A stretch of 64,000 nt of DNA, taken from Balanoglossus misakiensis. Taxonomy: Eukaryota; Animalia; Hemichordata. Position numbers and translations under genes: made by a program. Shown one piece after another: positions 37,336 through 49,277 of this stretch. Each line of letters begins with the position of its first letter. Position 1 is the first letter of the stretch. The notes beneath the pieces were generated by a model that saw only the letters and a program-made list of their open reading frames with translations, searched no databases and was not told the DNA's origin. Where the stretch lies: the NCBI GenBank assembly GCA_040954595.2, contig CM082580.2, positions 4,082,783-4,146,782 on the forward strand, given 5' to 3'.

Positions 37336-37463
37336 AGGCGGTTCTTCCAAGGCGAGGCCCGCGCATTGCACTCCGCGCGGGTTGACCTTTGCGATCACCC
37401 CAAATGTGGGTGACTCGGGTGCAGAATTTATGGTAGTGGGGGACTGCGTTCGCGCTATCCCCT
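37336..37463 (+). ncRNA. RNU1: U1 snRNA gene, 3' fragment
   Basis: AGGCGGTTCTTCC (SL-I 3' arm), CATTGCACTCC (U1A loop), CCCCAAATGTGGG (SL-III), Sm site AATTTATGG, terminal stem GGGGGACTGCGTTCGCGCTATCCCCT. An A-rich 3'-box-like AAAGAACAGA follows. Confidence 0.95.
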
Positions 37464-37846
37464 TTACATCGAAACAAAGAACAGAACAACTATTTCAATT
37501 CTTCATTGGGAATCTAAATTACTTTGTGCTCATTTAATTAATAAAAGTTGGTTGTGAACAGTATATATACTGTAAATGTCTACCTATTAGGAGAATTTAT
37601 CAAATTTAGGCCTACGCGACATTTTAATCAGAAGTCATGTTTTCATTTCTACTCAATCATTTTTAGATCAACCATAAAATGCAGTCTGAACACTCTGGAA
37701 TTCGCAATAACAATTTTTTATTAACAAAAAAAAATCAAAGTAACACAGACAATTGATGACAATTGTCGTATTGTTGTACTTGTACATAGGATCATTTTCA
37801 CAGAGTTTATGTTCACAGAACAGTTTACTCCAATGCAGCTCAGAGA

Positions 37847-38742
37847 TCACTTCCGAGTGAAAAACCATCTTTTGGCTGCTGACAGTCCGGGAATCATGTA
37901 AAAGCTTGAGTGGCGCTGTGTAGCATTTCTCCGCGGGCCTACATGCATGTGTAGGGGTTCGCCAGCATCGCCTTCAGAGTTGTTGTCATGGTCACTGGTG
38001 GATCCTGCGCGTTTTCCGATTCTTTCCATTTTGTCGGCCATTTGCTTCACTTTTTCTGTCATTCTTGTGACGTCAGTCTTAGTTGTTATTTGAAGGTAGC
38101 GAAAGTCCATTCTGACTTTGTTCATCGCTTGTCCGAGTTGCCGGCACCGAGATTCGGCGCGGTCAAGGTGATATCTCTACGTTGTTTGGCCACATCGTCT
38201 TGAATCTCGGCAACTTTCACGGAACAGTCCGCCGCGTAAGATTCTAATTCGAGGAGTCTAGCGTCGAAACCTTCGATTTTCATTATGAAAGCGCTTGGAT
38301 TGAGAAGAATTCCTAGGAGCACTCTCGCAACATGTAGAGAATGTACAGTCGCAGTTCCTACTGACGCAATTATTGGTCCAACCACGGGTAAAGTGGAGAT
38401 AAAGCATCTCAGCGCGGATGTGACGCGACTGATGAGAGTTGTACTACCAGGCGCATTGTCCGCGTCCGCGGTTTCTCCCCTCAGAAAAAGTTTTCGTAGA
38501 ACCCAAACTGGGATACAAATCGGCCAAAAAACTATAAACAGGATTACTTTCACCGTGGTTAAATAGAATCCAAATACAGTCTTCAAGGCATGACGAACGC
38601 GATGTGGGAAATAAAATTGACGCAAGAAGAACTCGCCCAACGTGCTGAAATAAGTTCCCAGGATCGGTACATGATGCAGCCAACCGTAGACTTTATAAGC
38701 AAAGTTGGTTGCTAGAAGGATTATTACAGATAGCAGTCCCAT
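37847..38742 (-). CDS. Uncharacterised membrane + coiled-coil protein, apparently split by a frameshift (ORFs 38122-38742 and 37847-38125)
   Basis: Hydrophobic N-terminal segments, then heptad-like sequence that continues in a second frame (HLDRAESRCRQLGQAMNKVRMDFRYLQ...). No family recognised. Confidence 0.5.
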
Positions 38743-41260
38743 TGTGGTTACTTTTCAGTGACACTTGTAGAATGTCTGCCGTCGAAGAACAGAATGAAGA
38801 CTGCTTGATGTCGACAATAGCGACAATGAGAGTATATGGAATACCGTTGTCATGACAAAGAACAATCAGGCAAGCATCACGTGACACGTGTCGGAGATGT
38901 GCGTACACCGATCCAGCGTTCTGACTAACTTTAGTTTTCAACACGAAACGAGCATTTTTAAAAAAGTACATCGTTTTCGAGAGCAATTTTTGTTGTCGTT
39001 TTAGGCCTATTCCAAAATTTCATATTCAATGCTGGTATTTCCTTCATTTGCATGATTTATATCAGCTATGGTGGCCATGTTTGTGTGAATTGTCGTCTGA
39101 TTTTCGTACAATTATGTTTTCGTTCCAGAAATAATTTTTGTGTCCATGGAAAGGATTTACGTTCACACATTTTTTTAAACATAAGGTAGAGCTCCCCGCC
39201 CTCGCACCACGAAACGCCGAATCGGGCCTTCGGCCCTTGCACGAAACGCCGAATCGATACACATTAGGCGCGAGGGACTGTCGACAGTCTACCGGTGCCC
39301 GCTACTTTGACTTTCAGCGTAGCGTAGCGCATCCAGCGGTGGGAATGGGGCAGGGGACCAGACTATTAAAAAGACGTCATCACCTGAAGTACTTCCGCGT
39401 TCCGCGGTAGAATTACTGCGTTCGTTCACATATTTGCAAGTCCGGCTGTTGCACATGCGTTTTGTCAAACGGAAAGGTGGGTTTTGATGAAAACGTGGCG
39501 CAAAAGCCGGTAGGCGTTCCGTGAGCGCAGTTCTCGTTCACGAAAACCCGAAATATCTTATTCTGTGTTCGTTGAGGGCGTCACATTCATTCAAGTTATC
39601 CATACACTTTCAACTGTTTACGCTCGTAATATTTGATTGCAAAAATCTTAATGAACAATTAGGAATTCCAAGTTATCTACTGCCGGTTTCCTTCATTGGT
39701 TTCATGGACAACAATATAATCTTATAACTGACTGATATATTCGCTAAAGTAATGAAACGGTTAGCTATAAATATATTGATTTTTATTTGTCACTTAGGTG
39801 GTTGAAATGTAGTTGAAAGGTCACATAGTAGTTGAACTTGAAAGGTCAATCTCAGGCCTGTGTCGATATCTTACAATCATGGTGATGTGCGATGGTGGCT
39901 GTTGATCTTTCTGACTTTCAGTTTCAATGTGGTAAGCTGACTTTATATTATTCCGAATCACGCGTGTCCTATATTTACCGGACACAGTGACGTCGACACT
40001 AGTCATGCTTGCAGGGCAAGTGCATATAGCTAGCTGCGGTTTGTACTATGTTTGTCCGCAGAAGCCTAGCTAGTAGCTGCAGGTCAGTTAGAGTAGCTCT
40101 AGTTTTTGGTGTTTACGATGGCAAACACAAAAAAATCCTAGAGCTACTGAACTTCACCTGCAGTTCAGTAAATCGAGGTTTTGCCAAACACAAAACCTCG
40201 AGCTAATGAACTGCAGCTGTACCTCAAGCCTATATACAACTACAATTATTCACTGCAAAATTGTTAGCGAATGCAGGATGGATACAGACCCGCAAGTGCA
40301 CGCTTAGCTGTGTAAACTACCAACATACCCCCTCCTCACCAAATAGCTGCAAAAGGTAACCAATAAACCCACATGTTGGAGCACTGGTGTAATTCGTCAA
40401 TCCTGTCAGAGTGACCCCCAATATTCTGGCAAAACGCACAATCCTGTTGATGCCACTGACACTTGGATAGAACCATAGACAGAAATCTGTCTATGATAGA
40501 ACACTGTGTGCAGTTTACACACTGTTTGGATTCGCAAACAAACAGATGACAGAATTGCATAAATAGTATACCAGCATTTTTATTGAAGCCATAATTTATT
40601 CCATATTCAGTGAACAACAATTTTAGCAGGATCATACCAGGCATGTTGACAAAACCAAATAATCAAATTCATGATACAGAAAACTGATAATGTGACTAAG
40701 ATGACAAGGATTAAGAATAAACAATACAGTAGGCAGTTCATTCGACCCTCATCAAAACAGAGGTTTTTAGTTTATATATTGCTTTGCTATGTCATCAAAT
40801 TGCATCAGCGACCATCATTTTTTCTTGACTGTTGCTATACTTGACAAGTTCTCACTCTGATTTACGTAATAACAAATTTTATTAACGCTTTGTTTGCATG
40901 TTATACCCACACATGCATCCATAAAATTTTATTGTACACAAAGATACAGATATACAGATCACCCAGGAATTTCTGATATAGTGTATAATGGCTATTTTGC
41001 ATTATTGTGTTACTGAACTTCTACTGTTTTGCCAAGACTAAATTTTTATTGTACACACACATATATATAGTCACTATAGTGTCACCAATTTTGGACATGA
41101 CCTTGACCGCTTATAAATGTCATATTTAAATTTCTCTGCTCATGTTCTTTTCTGTAATTTCACATTTGGATGCGGAAAAATAAATTGTGACTTTTGGTTT
41201 TCGAGTCAGTAATGGCATACTAAAAAAAACCCCTAATTATGTCATGTACATAATAATGTA

Positions 41261-41469
41261 CTGTAAAACACTTTATTTTTCGCGAGTTGAATTTTTCGCG
41301 ATATCGAGAGAGGCCACTGTTATGTGAGTATTAATTTTCGCGTTCTCTTACTTCATTCACTGCATCGTTATCTTCAAAAAGATTTTACACGACTTTTTAT
41401 TTTCACGCTATTTTGGCTCTCGCGTATTTCGCGAAAATTTATTGGTCGCGAAAATAAAGTGTTTTACAG
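41261..41469. mobile_element. MITE family C copy
   Basis: TA|CTGTAAAACACTTTATTTT ... AAAATAAAGTGTTTTACAG|TA; inverted relative to 13956-14163. Confidence 0.75.
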
Positions 41470-41675
41470 TACATAGTGAATGTAACACTAATGTACCTCA
41501 GTGAACACTGGATAATTTACAGGTGTTGGGTTACATGTTTTAAAGCTCACTGACATGCTTCATCCCACAGTCTGTGATGTCTCTCTTCGTGCTTGACAAT
41601 ATTGAAATAATTTTATTGTGTTTTGTTATCCACAGAAATTATACATGGAAGAGGTTTGATTGACGTGAAAGGATC

Positions 41676-43060
41676 ATGGACAAATTTGGATACTTCACGT
41701 TTGTCTTGGGCCTGGCAGCTGGCGTCTTATTCACTCTTCTTGTCAATCAGAGTGAACATGTCATCTCGTACAGGAAAACCTTTCTATCCGGAATGATACC
41801 GGTGTTGTGGAACCCCCCGGAACAGACCCAACCCGGCAAATACGAACACAGTTACTTCTACAGACTGAACGGAACACAGTTCGAACTTGTGGAAACGGAA
41901 CTGTCCAAGAGGCTGGAGAGGGAAAATTTCGACCCCAGGAGTCAGGCGGATCTTCTGTACGACGAAGTGAAAGTGTTGTGCCAAGTCTACGTGGACAAGG
42001 GCCAGCTGGCGAAACTGGGCAAGGCAATACAGGAGACGTGGGGGTCGCATTGCAACAAAGTTGTTATAGTCAGCGGTGGGGTCGATCGCAGTCTGAAAGA
42101 TTCCTACCACATAGACATTGCGGACAAGCCCGATCGGGTGTGGGAGAAAAGTAAGCAAGGCTTCCGGCAGGCGTACGAGCGATATCGAAACGACTATCAT
42201 TACTTTCTGAAAGCTGACGCGAGTATGGTCGTCGTGGTGGAAAATCTACGATATCTTTTGTTTGTCCACAACACCAGCGTTCCGGGCTACATTGGCCACG
42301 TTTTCCTGGGAAAGAAGGATGCATCCAGCATAGTGATCAGCCGGAAGGGACTGGAGAAGCTTCATCCCAAACTGGACGAGTGTCCGAATGAAGTTGGGGG
42401 CAACGATGATGCCTCTGAACTGACGAGGTGCATGGAGAAAGTTGGGATCGTATCAAGCGTGGATGGACGGGACTACAGAGGTCACCTGAGATTTGTCATG
42501 AAACAGCCGGATCATAAACTCCCATTCAATACAGCAACTGCCTTATCATTCACCAGTTTGTATTGGAGGTTCATCAAGTACCCAGAACAAAAGGTAAGTT
42601 TCACCCATAAAGTTGTTTCTTTTTTATCATAAATAAAATTCAGAATTATGTATTATAAGATATTATTTAAAAAATCACTGTTTTAAATGGCTTGCTGAAC
42701 TCCTCAAAAACTTTGATATTTATTTCATGTACATTTTTCAAATACCAAATTATGTTATGTATATCACAGCATAACTCTATCGACTGCTGGGTCGCTTGTC
42801 GGATCTCTCAGATAGGGTGTGCCCTGGGACAGAGACCTGTAGGAATTCGTTCTTTACATGAATCAGTGTATCAAGCACATCGTAATTGTAGACTTTTCTG
42901 TATTTTTATTTTACAGGATCCTGAATGCTGCTATGAGTATGCAATTTTGTTCAGCAACGTCAATCATCACACGTTGTACACACTGGAACATATGGTGTAT
43001 CACTTGAGACCGTACGGGGTTGGTGAATTCAAATGTTCGAGCGAGATCGGCCAGAAGTAG
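41676..43060 (+). CDS. C1GALT1-family paralog lacking the DDD/DxD motif (Cosmc/C1GALT1C1-like), ~353 aa. Exons 41676-42593, 42917-43060
   Basis: Type II TM; ETWGSHCNK; YFLKADASMVVVVENLRYLL in place of KADDDTY; no YMSGG motif; ECC and YHLRPYG tail. An acceptor at 41635 implies an upstream non-coding exon. Confidence 0.8.
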
Positions 43061-43590
43061 GAAAGAATAGTCACAACAAAAGAAACACAAAGCTGAAAAG
43101 TAAAGTTTTGTGTTTGGTATGCAATCTTTCTCTCGTCTTATAACATGCTCTTTTAAAGAAAATGTGTTTTAAAAAAAATCTGTTCAGCCAGCCATCCTAG
43201 ATTTCATTGCACAAAGACATTACCCCTGGTTGGCCATTTTGTTATGCTTTTTTACAATATCCAGAGCAATTATTCATTTGATATAAGAACAGTGTACATT
43301 ATGTACTTAATTCTAACATAGTTCACGAAAGATTTTACCATGGTAACCTTCCCCTTTAAAATGTATGGTACAGACTCTTTTGAATGTTTTGCATGATTTT
43401 ACATTCAGACGAAAAGTATTTCATACATTTGTATGGCAATGAGACATTGACAGAGAGTACATGGAAGAAATAAATAATTATAGATGAACATATGGTAATT
43501 GCATTTGCTTCAATTTTTGTGTGCAGTCTATTGCCAGTGAAAGTTGTGTTAGTCATTCTGTCCACCAAAATGGCTCAATAGAGGGATACT

Positions 43591-43662
43591 AAGGAATATT
43601 GATGATTGGAAAATAAGGAATATTGATGATTGGAAAATAAGGAATATTGATGATTGGAAAAT
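43591..43662. repeat. 24-bp minisatellite x3
   Basis: AAGGAATATTGATGATTGGAAAAT repeated three times exactly. Confidence 0.9.
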
Positions 43663-44149
43663 GTAGTGAGCTAAACATAAGTGTGAAAAGTTGCTACCAT
43701 GGGGCTTGAAATCATTCTATTTTAAAATATAAAATAAGAAAGAAAAACTATTGAATCATCAGCTGTAACAAGAACATACTTTGATAATAAAACAATTTTT
43801 TTTTTTAACAATACAGAGGCAGTGACAATTGTGGTTGTTTTGCCACCCAGATGATTAAATGTAATTTTATAAGATAATAAATGCCAAATAAAAATCTTTC
43901 TATTATTATATGCAGCATATTGTAGCGGCGGTGTAGACTTTCACAAAGTGCCTTTGTGTGTAAATTAGAATGGCGTTTTTATAAGCGTGCCATCGTCATT
44001 GAGATATACAATGTGACAATTTTTTAAAATGCGAAGAAAATAGATGTGGTGATGCAAAGAAAATATTCTACCAGTTGTGTTATTTACATAAGTACAATGT
44101 AAATGTGCAATATGGTTCTACTCGCTCAAAGACTGGGACTTTGATTTAA

Positions 44150-45135
44150 GGTAGTTGGAAAGGCTAGGGCGTCAGTTAAAATTTCATTTAAAAACACTGA
44201 ATTTATATCTAGAAATGTATTAGAGAAAAATTAAACTCATGAAAAATTCGGGGCAATAAACGTGTAACAAGATATGGCTGGTTTTATTATACCTAATTTC
44301 ATACATCTGGCAAGGAAGCTAGGGAGCCTTATTTGAGCGCCCTCTAGGGGAAGACTTCTCCTAGGCTATGCGCACAAGGACGGGTTCCCCTAGCCAAGGG
44401 CATTTAAATGTAACTTGCAAACACTGATTCTTGCAATTTTCAACGATAGATAACCTTGCTTGTTTATTAAAGGCTGCCAAATTATGGACATTTTTGCATT
44501 TCTAGGGAACCCGAAAAGCCAGCGGAAAAGCGTTTGACCCAGATAAATGCGATCCTTCGCCGTGAACTGCCGCTAAACTTTGCGTATTTCGCTACTTTTC
44601 TGCCCTTCGCCATAATGTAATGGTTTTTATTTGTGATTGAATTGGTATGCCAGATAATTTTTTTATCATGAAACTTCCAGGAAAGGCTCGGGACATCCCA
44701 AAGAACAATTTTACGGGACAGTTTTTTCATAAGTTTTCCCGTTGTGTTTTGGCAGCACGTTAAAGTTGTATACAAAATATCAACAAAAACTGTGTTTTCC
44801 TGAGTGATAACTTTGAAAAAAATAAGTTTATGCTGAAAGTGTCCCGTACATTGCTGGAGGGGTTGCTTAATATTAAAATGAATACAAATTATTCAATAAT
44901 TTGTGAAAACATGTCAAGATTCAATCAATATTTTGTAAAATTATGAATATTTATATTTAGGCGTATCAAATTTCATAATTTTAGCAGATATTTTTACAGT
45001 CATATTTTTCCCTCACTTTTGAGTTTGTTAAGAATACATGCTGCAAATTTCAAGTCATTATCTTTATTCTAACTTGTGAAAATAAATTCACAAACATTGA
45101 GAGAATTTGCTTCAAAAATAGCCTTTCCAACTACC
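44150..45135. mobile_element. ~1-kb non-autonomous TIR element (TTAA TSD, Kolobok-like)
   Basis: TTAA|GGTAGTTGGAAAGGCTA ... TAGCCTTTCCAACTACC|TTAA; perfect 17-bp TIR. Confidence 0.8.
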
Positions 45136-45544
45136 TTAACTGGAAATGGGCCCATATGTCACCAGATTCACTTCATTAAATCAATATTGCTCATCAAAGA
45201 CAATATGGAACTCCTACATTCTCACACTGGGCGGGAATTTTTTGTCCTCCACTAGACTGTGGCTCGTGTGGGACAAATATGATCCCAGGTCCTCGGGAGT
45301 GTGAGATTCTATAAAAGCATATATTTCCCCAAAAGTCAAATATCCGAACTTTACTTTGATGTGTTTCATTTACTTGTAACAAAATTATTTTTTGAATGAT
45401 ATACTTTAACCAGATATGGGCTGAATATACTTGAAGATGTGCGAATTTCCAATAAAATCGTCATGAAACTCGTCACTGTCTATTAGTGAATCTAAATCTG
45501 GTACACTATCCTCATACTGATGCTAGAGTGATATAATTCATTAA

Positions 45545-45898
45545 AGGGACAAAGTCTCTCTCTCGCTGCCCCTTTTCCATTAATTATATTTGATAAAAGA
45601 CACTGTTTATGTTATTCTTCATGTGGATATACAGTGAATCAACGTTCAACCACACACACCTTGCACCCCGCTTGTAGACACGAGAGTGAAAAAACTCGCC
45701 AAAATGAATAATTGGTCTTTACCATTTATTCATTTTGGAGAGATTTTTTCTCTCATATCCTACAAACGGTATGGACGTTGTGTGAGGTCGAACGTTGATT
45801 CACTATATATTCACATGTAGAATAACATAAACAGTGTCTTGTATCAAACTTAATTAATGGAAAAAGGGCAGAGAGAGAGAGAGAGAGACTTTGTCCCT
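45545..45898. mobile_element. Complete family A element with internal direct duplication
   Basis: TTAA|AGGGACAAAGTCTCTCTCTC ... GAGAGAGAGACTTTGTCCCT|TTAA with long inverted arms. Confidence 0.8.
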
Positions 45899-46552
45899 TT
45901 AATGTAGGCAAACAAGCTGTTTATTAACATGCTATAAATAAAATGTCTCACCTATTCAGGTGATTCTGTGAAATCTATAACATCTTTTCATCATTATAAA
46001 GTTCATTAAATGTGCAAATTTTCAGTTTATTGATTCTTAGTAATTAATATCTCAAGCAAGTTCATCAAATCCGGTGCAGGAACTCTGGAGTTAGTGCTAA
46101 TTGCATAAGTTTATGAGGTATACATTATAGCCATTATATCCACCAAAATGCAACCAGTTCTTGCCATATTAGAAGCCAATTGCAATCCAAATTTGACACG
46201 AATTTGTCCAGAGGGACCGACTCAGATTGTCGTATAAAGTCAAATAAATTTTGAAACTAGAAAAGTCACGTGCAGAGTGTTGGTAAAATATTTCCAAGAA
46301 AAAAAAAATAGTAAATTTCATCAAGAGTTAAACTACTGTAGGTTGCTTTAAAATAATATCATGGAGAGAACACATGATCACCAGATCATACACCTTATTG
46401 GAATGCAAAATTATTCGTGCAGGGGAGGGTTTCTTGATTTGATCAGGGGGGAGGTCAATATTTATTTGCAACCAATCAGGGAGGGGGGGGGGGTCATTGT
46501 TTTTCATCCAGTTTTTTAAATAGCTCCCCCCCCCCCCACGTCCGGACCCTTA

Positions 46553-46960
46553 ACGAGCGTGAAGTTGGCCTCATCCTCATCCTCAGCTTCGCCAGCCTCA
46601 TCCTCATCCTCATCCTCAGCTTCGTGACCCAGCCTCAGCTTCGTGACCCTTCGTGACCCCAGCCTCAGCTTCGTGACCCCAGGAAGTAAACATCAAAATT
46701 ATCCAAACGATCGGTAAAAAGAACAAATGGAGTCAAAAGAAGAAATTCAATCAATTATTTAGACTATCCCATGTAAATTATTTTACCTACATCGCTTTCG
46801 CTTCTTTTAGATCACATCAGATATACGAAATTCACGATAATTTTGAAATCTTCCTGAAGTCACGAAGCTGAGTCTGAGGTCACGAAGCTGAGGATGAGGA
46901 TGAGGATGAGGCTGGCGAAGCTGAGGATGAGGATGAGGATGAGGCCAACTTCACGCTCGT
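46553..46960. mobile_element. Mutator/Foldback-like non-autonomous element with modular TIRs and 9-bp TSD
   Basis: GGACCCTTA duplicated at 46544-46552 and 46961-46969. TIR ACGAGCGTGAAGTTGGCCTCATCC built from CTCATC and CTCAGCTTCG subrepeats. Confidence 0.85.
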
Positions 46961-47092
46961 GGACCCTTACTGTTTGCCTTTTACGTGTAACATGTGTAAA
47001 AATGAAGGAGTTAAAGGGCCTTACAAAGGTCAAGCGTGGGTCACGCACACAACGCAGCTCTGGGACGGGGTGTGGGGCATAACACGGATAAA

Positions 47093-49277
47093 ATGGCTGT
47101 GAAAGCCACAGTTGTTGCGACTACATTTGTCGTTGGGCTCGCGTTTGGTGCGACATTCGCGACTCTCTTTTTCAGATTCACTTATGACACGCCGGGTGCG
47201 AGATCGAAAGGTCCTACGCGGAAGTTTGCGGTATCAAAAATTCTGGACGACGATCCATATGGACATGTTTTGGTCGACGAAACAAACGAGGTGTCTACTC
47301 AAGAATCGGACCGCTTTCAAGAACACACAGATGATGGAGTGTCTTACAGAGGTAAATACCATGATTTGACGGCATGTCAGCGCTCTGTTCGAATGCACAT
47401 TGCGTATGAGCCCGGGTGTACGGTAGGGGTTAAATGTATACGGTCACCTCCAATTTATACGCCCGTATATGTCAGAAATAGCGTTTGAGTGTTCTAAAGA
47501 ATTTTTGGTGGCGCTCTTTTTGTCGCGTGTGCCACCCATTGAAAATCTGTGATTGGCTAGATCTAAATTTACCATGGTTATGCTGTAGCTATATTTGCAT
47601 AGGTGACCATGTACCTTTAATGGTTGGGGTCGGCTTGACCCTGGGGCATTTCAAGTCGATTCCTAACCCTACCCCACGGCCCTGGGCTACAACTATTGCA
47701 GTTAGGGTGTATGGCAATCTGGGCTGACGATTTAGTGAAAAATGCGGGTACTACAGTCTGCACTGTAATTCACAAAATCAGGCATGTTGACCATAACATG
47801 TGTAGACTCTCTCAGAGCTCCTCTCGCTGCCTATGCCAGCGAGAGGTGCTTCTCTGAACGGTTGAGGGCACGTCAGTGTGCAGCATGTAAAGAGCCCTGT
47901 AGCGAACCGTGGGCTGTGAGAGAGTCTAGTTGACCATGCAACCTCGAGCAACCAGTTCATATACATACTTTGATCACTTCAAGCTGATTCAATGTAACTT
48001 TTCTTCTTCCCATCTTTGCACAGGAGAAAATGCGGTTGCAGCAGAATTAAAAAGTAAGGTCAGAATTCTGATCTGGGTCGCGACGCATCCCACAAACAAA
48101 GACACTAAGTTGAAGCACGTGAAAGCCACGTGGGCCAAACACTTCGACCCAGACCAGGTCATTTACATCAGCTCCCAAGAGGACAAAACCTTCCCCATCG
48201 TCGGAGTGAAGTTGGGAGTCCCCGAGGGGAGAAACGCGCTGTGGGCCAAAACTCGGGCGGCGTTCACGTACCTGTACGACAATCACTTGGAGGATGCCGA
48301 CTGGTTCATGAAGGCGGACGACGACACCTACGTCGTCGCGGAAAACCTCCTGTATTTCCTGTCGGACAAGGACCCCAGTGAACCCCACTATTACGGACGG
48401 AGGTTCAAACCGTACGTCAAGCAAGGCTACATGAGCGGCGGCTCGGGCTACGTCATCAGCAAAGAGGCGCTGAAACGAGTCGTGACGCAGGCCTTCCCGG
48501 AAAAGACCCAGTGTAGGGAGGCAACTTATGCCGGGGCCGAGGACGTCGAAATGGGCAGATGTTTGGACAGCGTCGGCGTCTATGCCGGCGACAGCAGAGA
48601 CTCTTTGGGACGGGAAAGATTCCATCCGTTTGTACCGGACCAACTTCTGGTGCCGAACACTTTACCAACGAATTTCTGGTACTGGCAATACATCTATTAC
48701 AAGACTCCACAGGTAAGTTGCAACTCGCTCAAGATCTACATTTCAAGTAATTCTAATATACTTACACAGTGGGGGGGGGGGGGATTCACCCCCTGTTGAC
48801 AAGTTGGCACCCCCTAGCAATTTGTCAAGGGGGGAAAAACCCAGACCTTCTGTACCAATGCCTGTAGCAGGCAAGTTCATGCAACCAAACACTCATAACC
48901 ACATTCTGCAATTTGAAGAAAATAGTAAATTTTGTATAAATGTGTAAATTTTGGACACAAGCAGTTTTTTTCAGTAAGAAATTTACTAGGTACATTATAG
49001 TCAGTGCAACAACATAAAAACAAAAAATACTTGTTCAGAAGAAAACTCTGTTGAGTATGGATATCTGGGCGTTTGCCTTACGCCAACTTACAATCAAAAT
49101 GATATTTTCCTTTTTTTGTTGTTTCAGGGGATAGAATGCTGCTCTGACCATACAATCACATATCACTATGTTGGACCGAATTTGATGTATTCATTAGAGT
49201 ACATGATATACCACATGCGACCATTTAGTGTCGAGATAGGAGATACTTGCCCTGCAGTGCAACAAGCAAAGTCATAA
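47093..49277 (+). CDS. C1GALT1: Core 1 beta-1,3-galactosyltransferase (T-synthase), ~365 aa. Exons 47093-47351, 48024-48712, 49128-49277
   Basis: KVRILIWV, HVKATWAK, LWAKTRAAF, DADWFMKADDDTYV, GRRFKPYVKQGYMSGGSGY, AEDVEMGRCL, GDSRD..RFHPF, ECCSD, YHMRP. Confidence 0.92.

Noticed and set aside
48047-48643. 198-aa antisense ORF over C1GALT1 exon 2 (similar ones over other GC-richer exons)
   Set aside because: Shadow ORF of a coding exon with GC-rich third positions.
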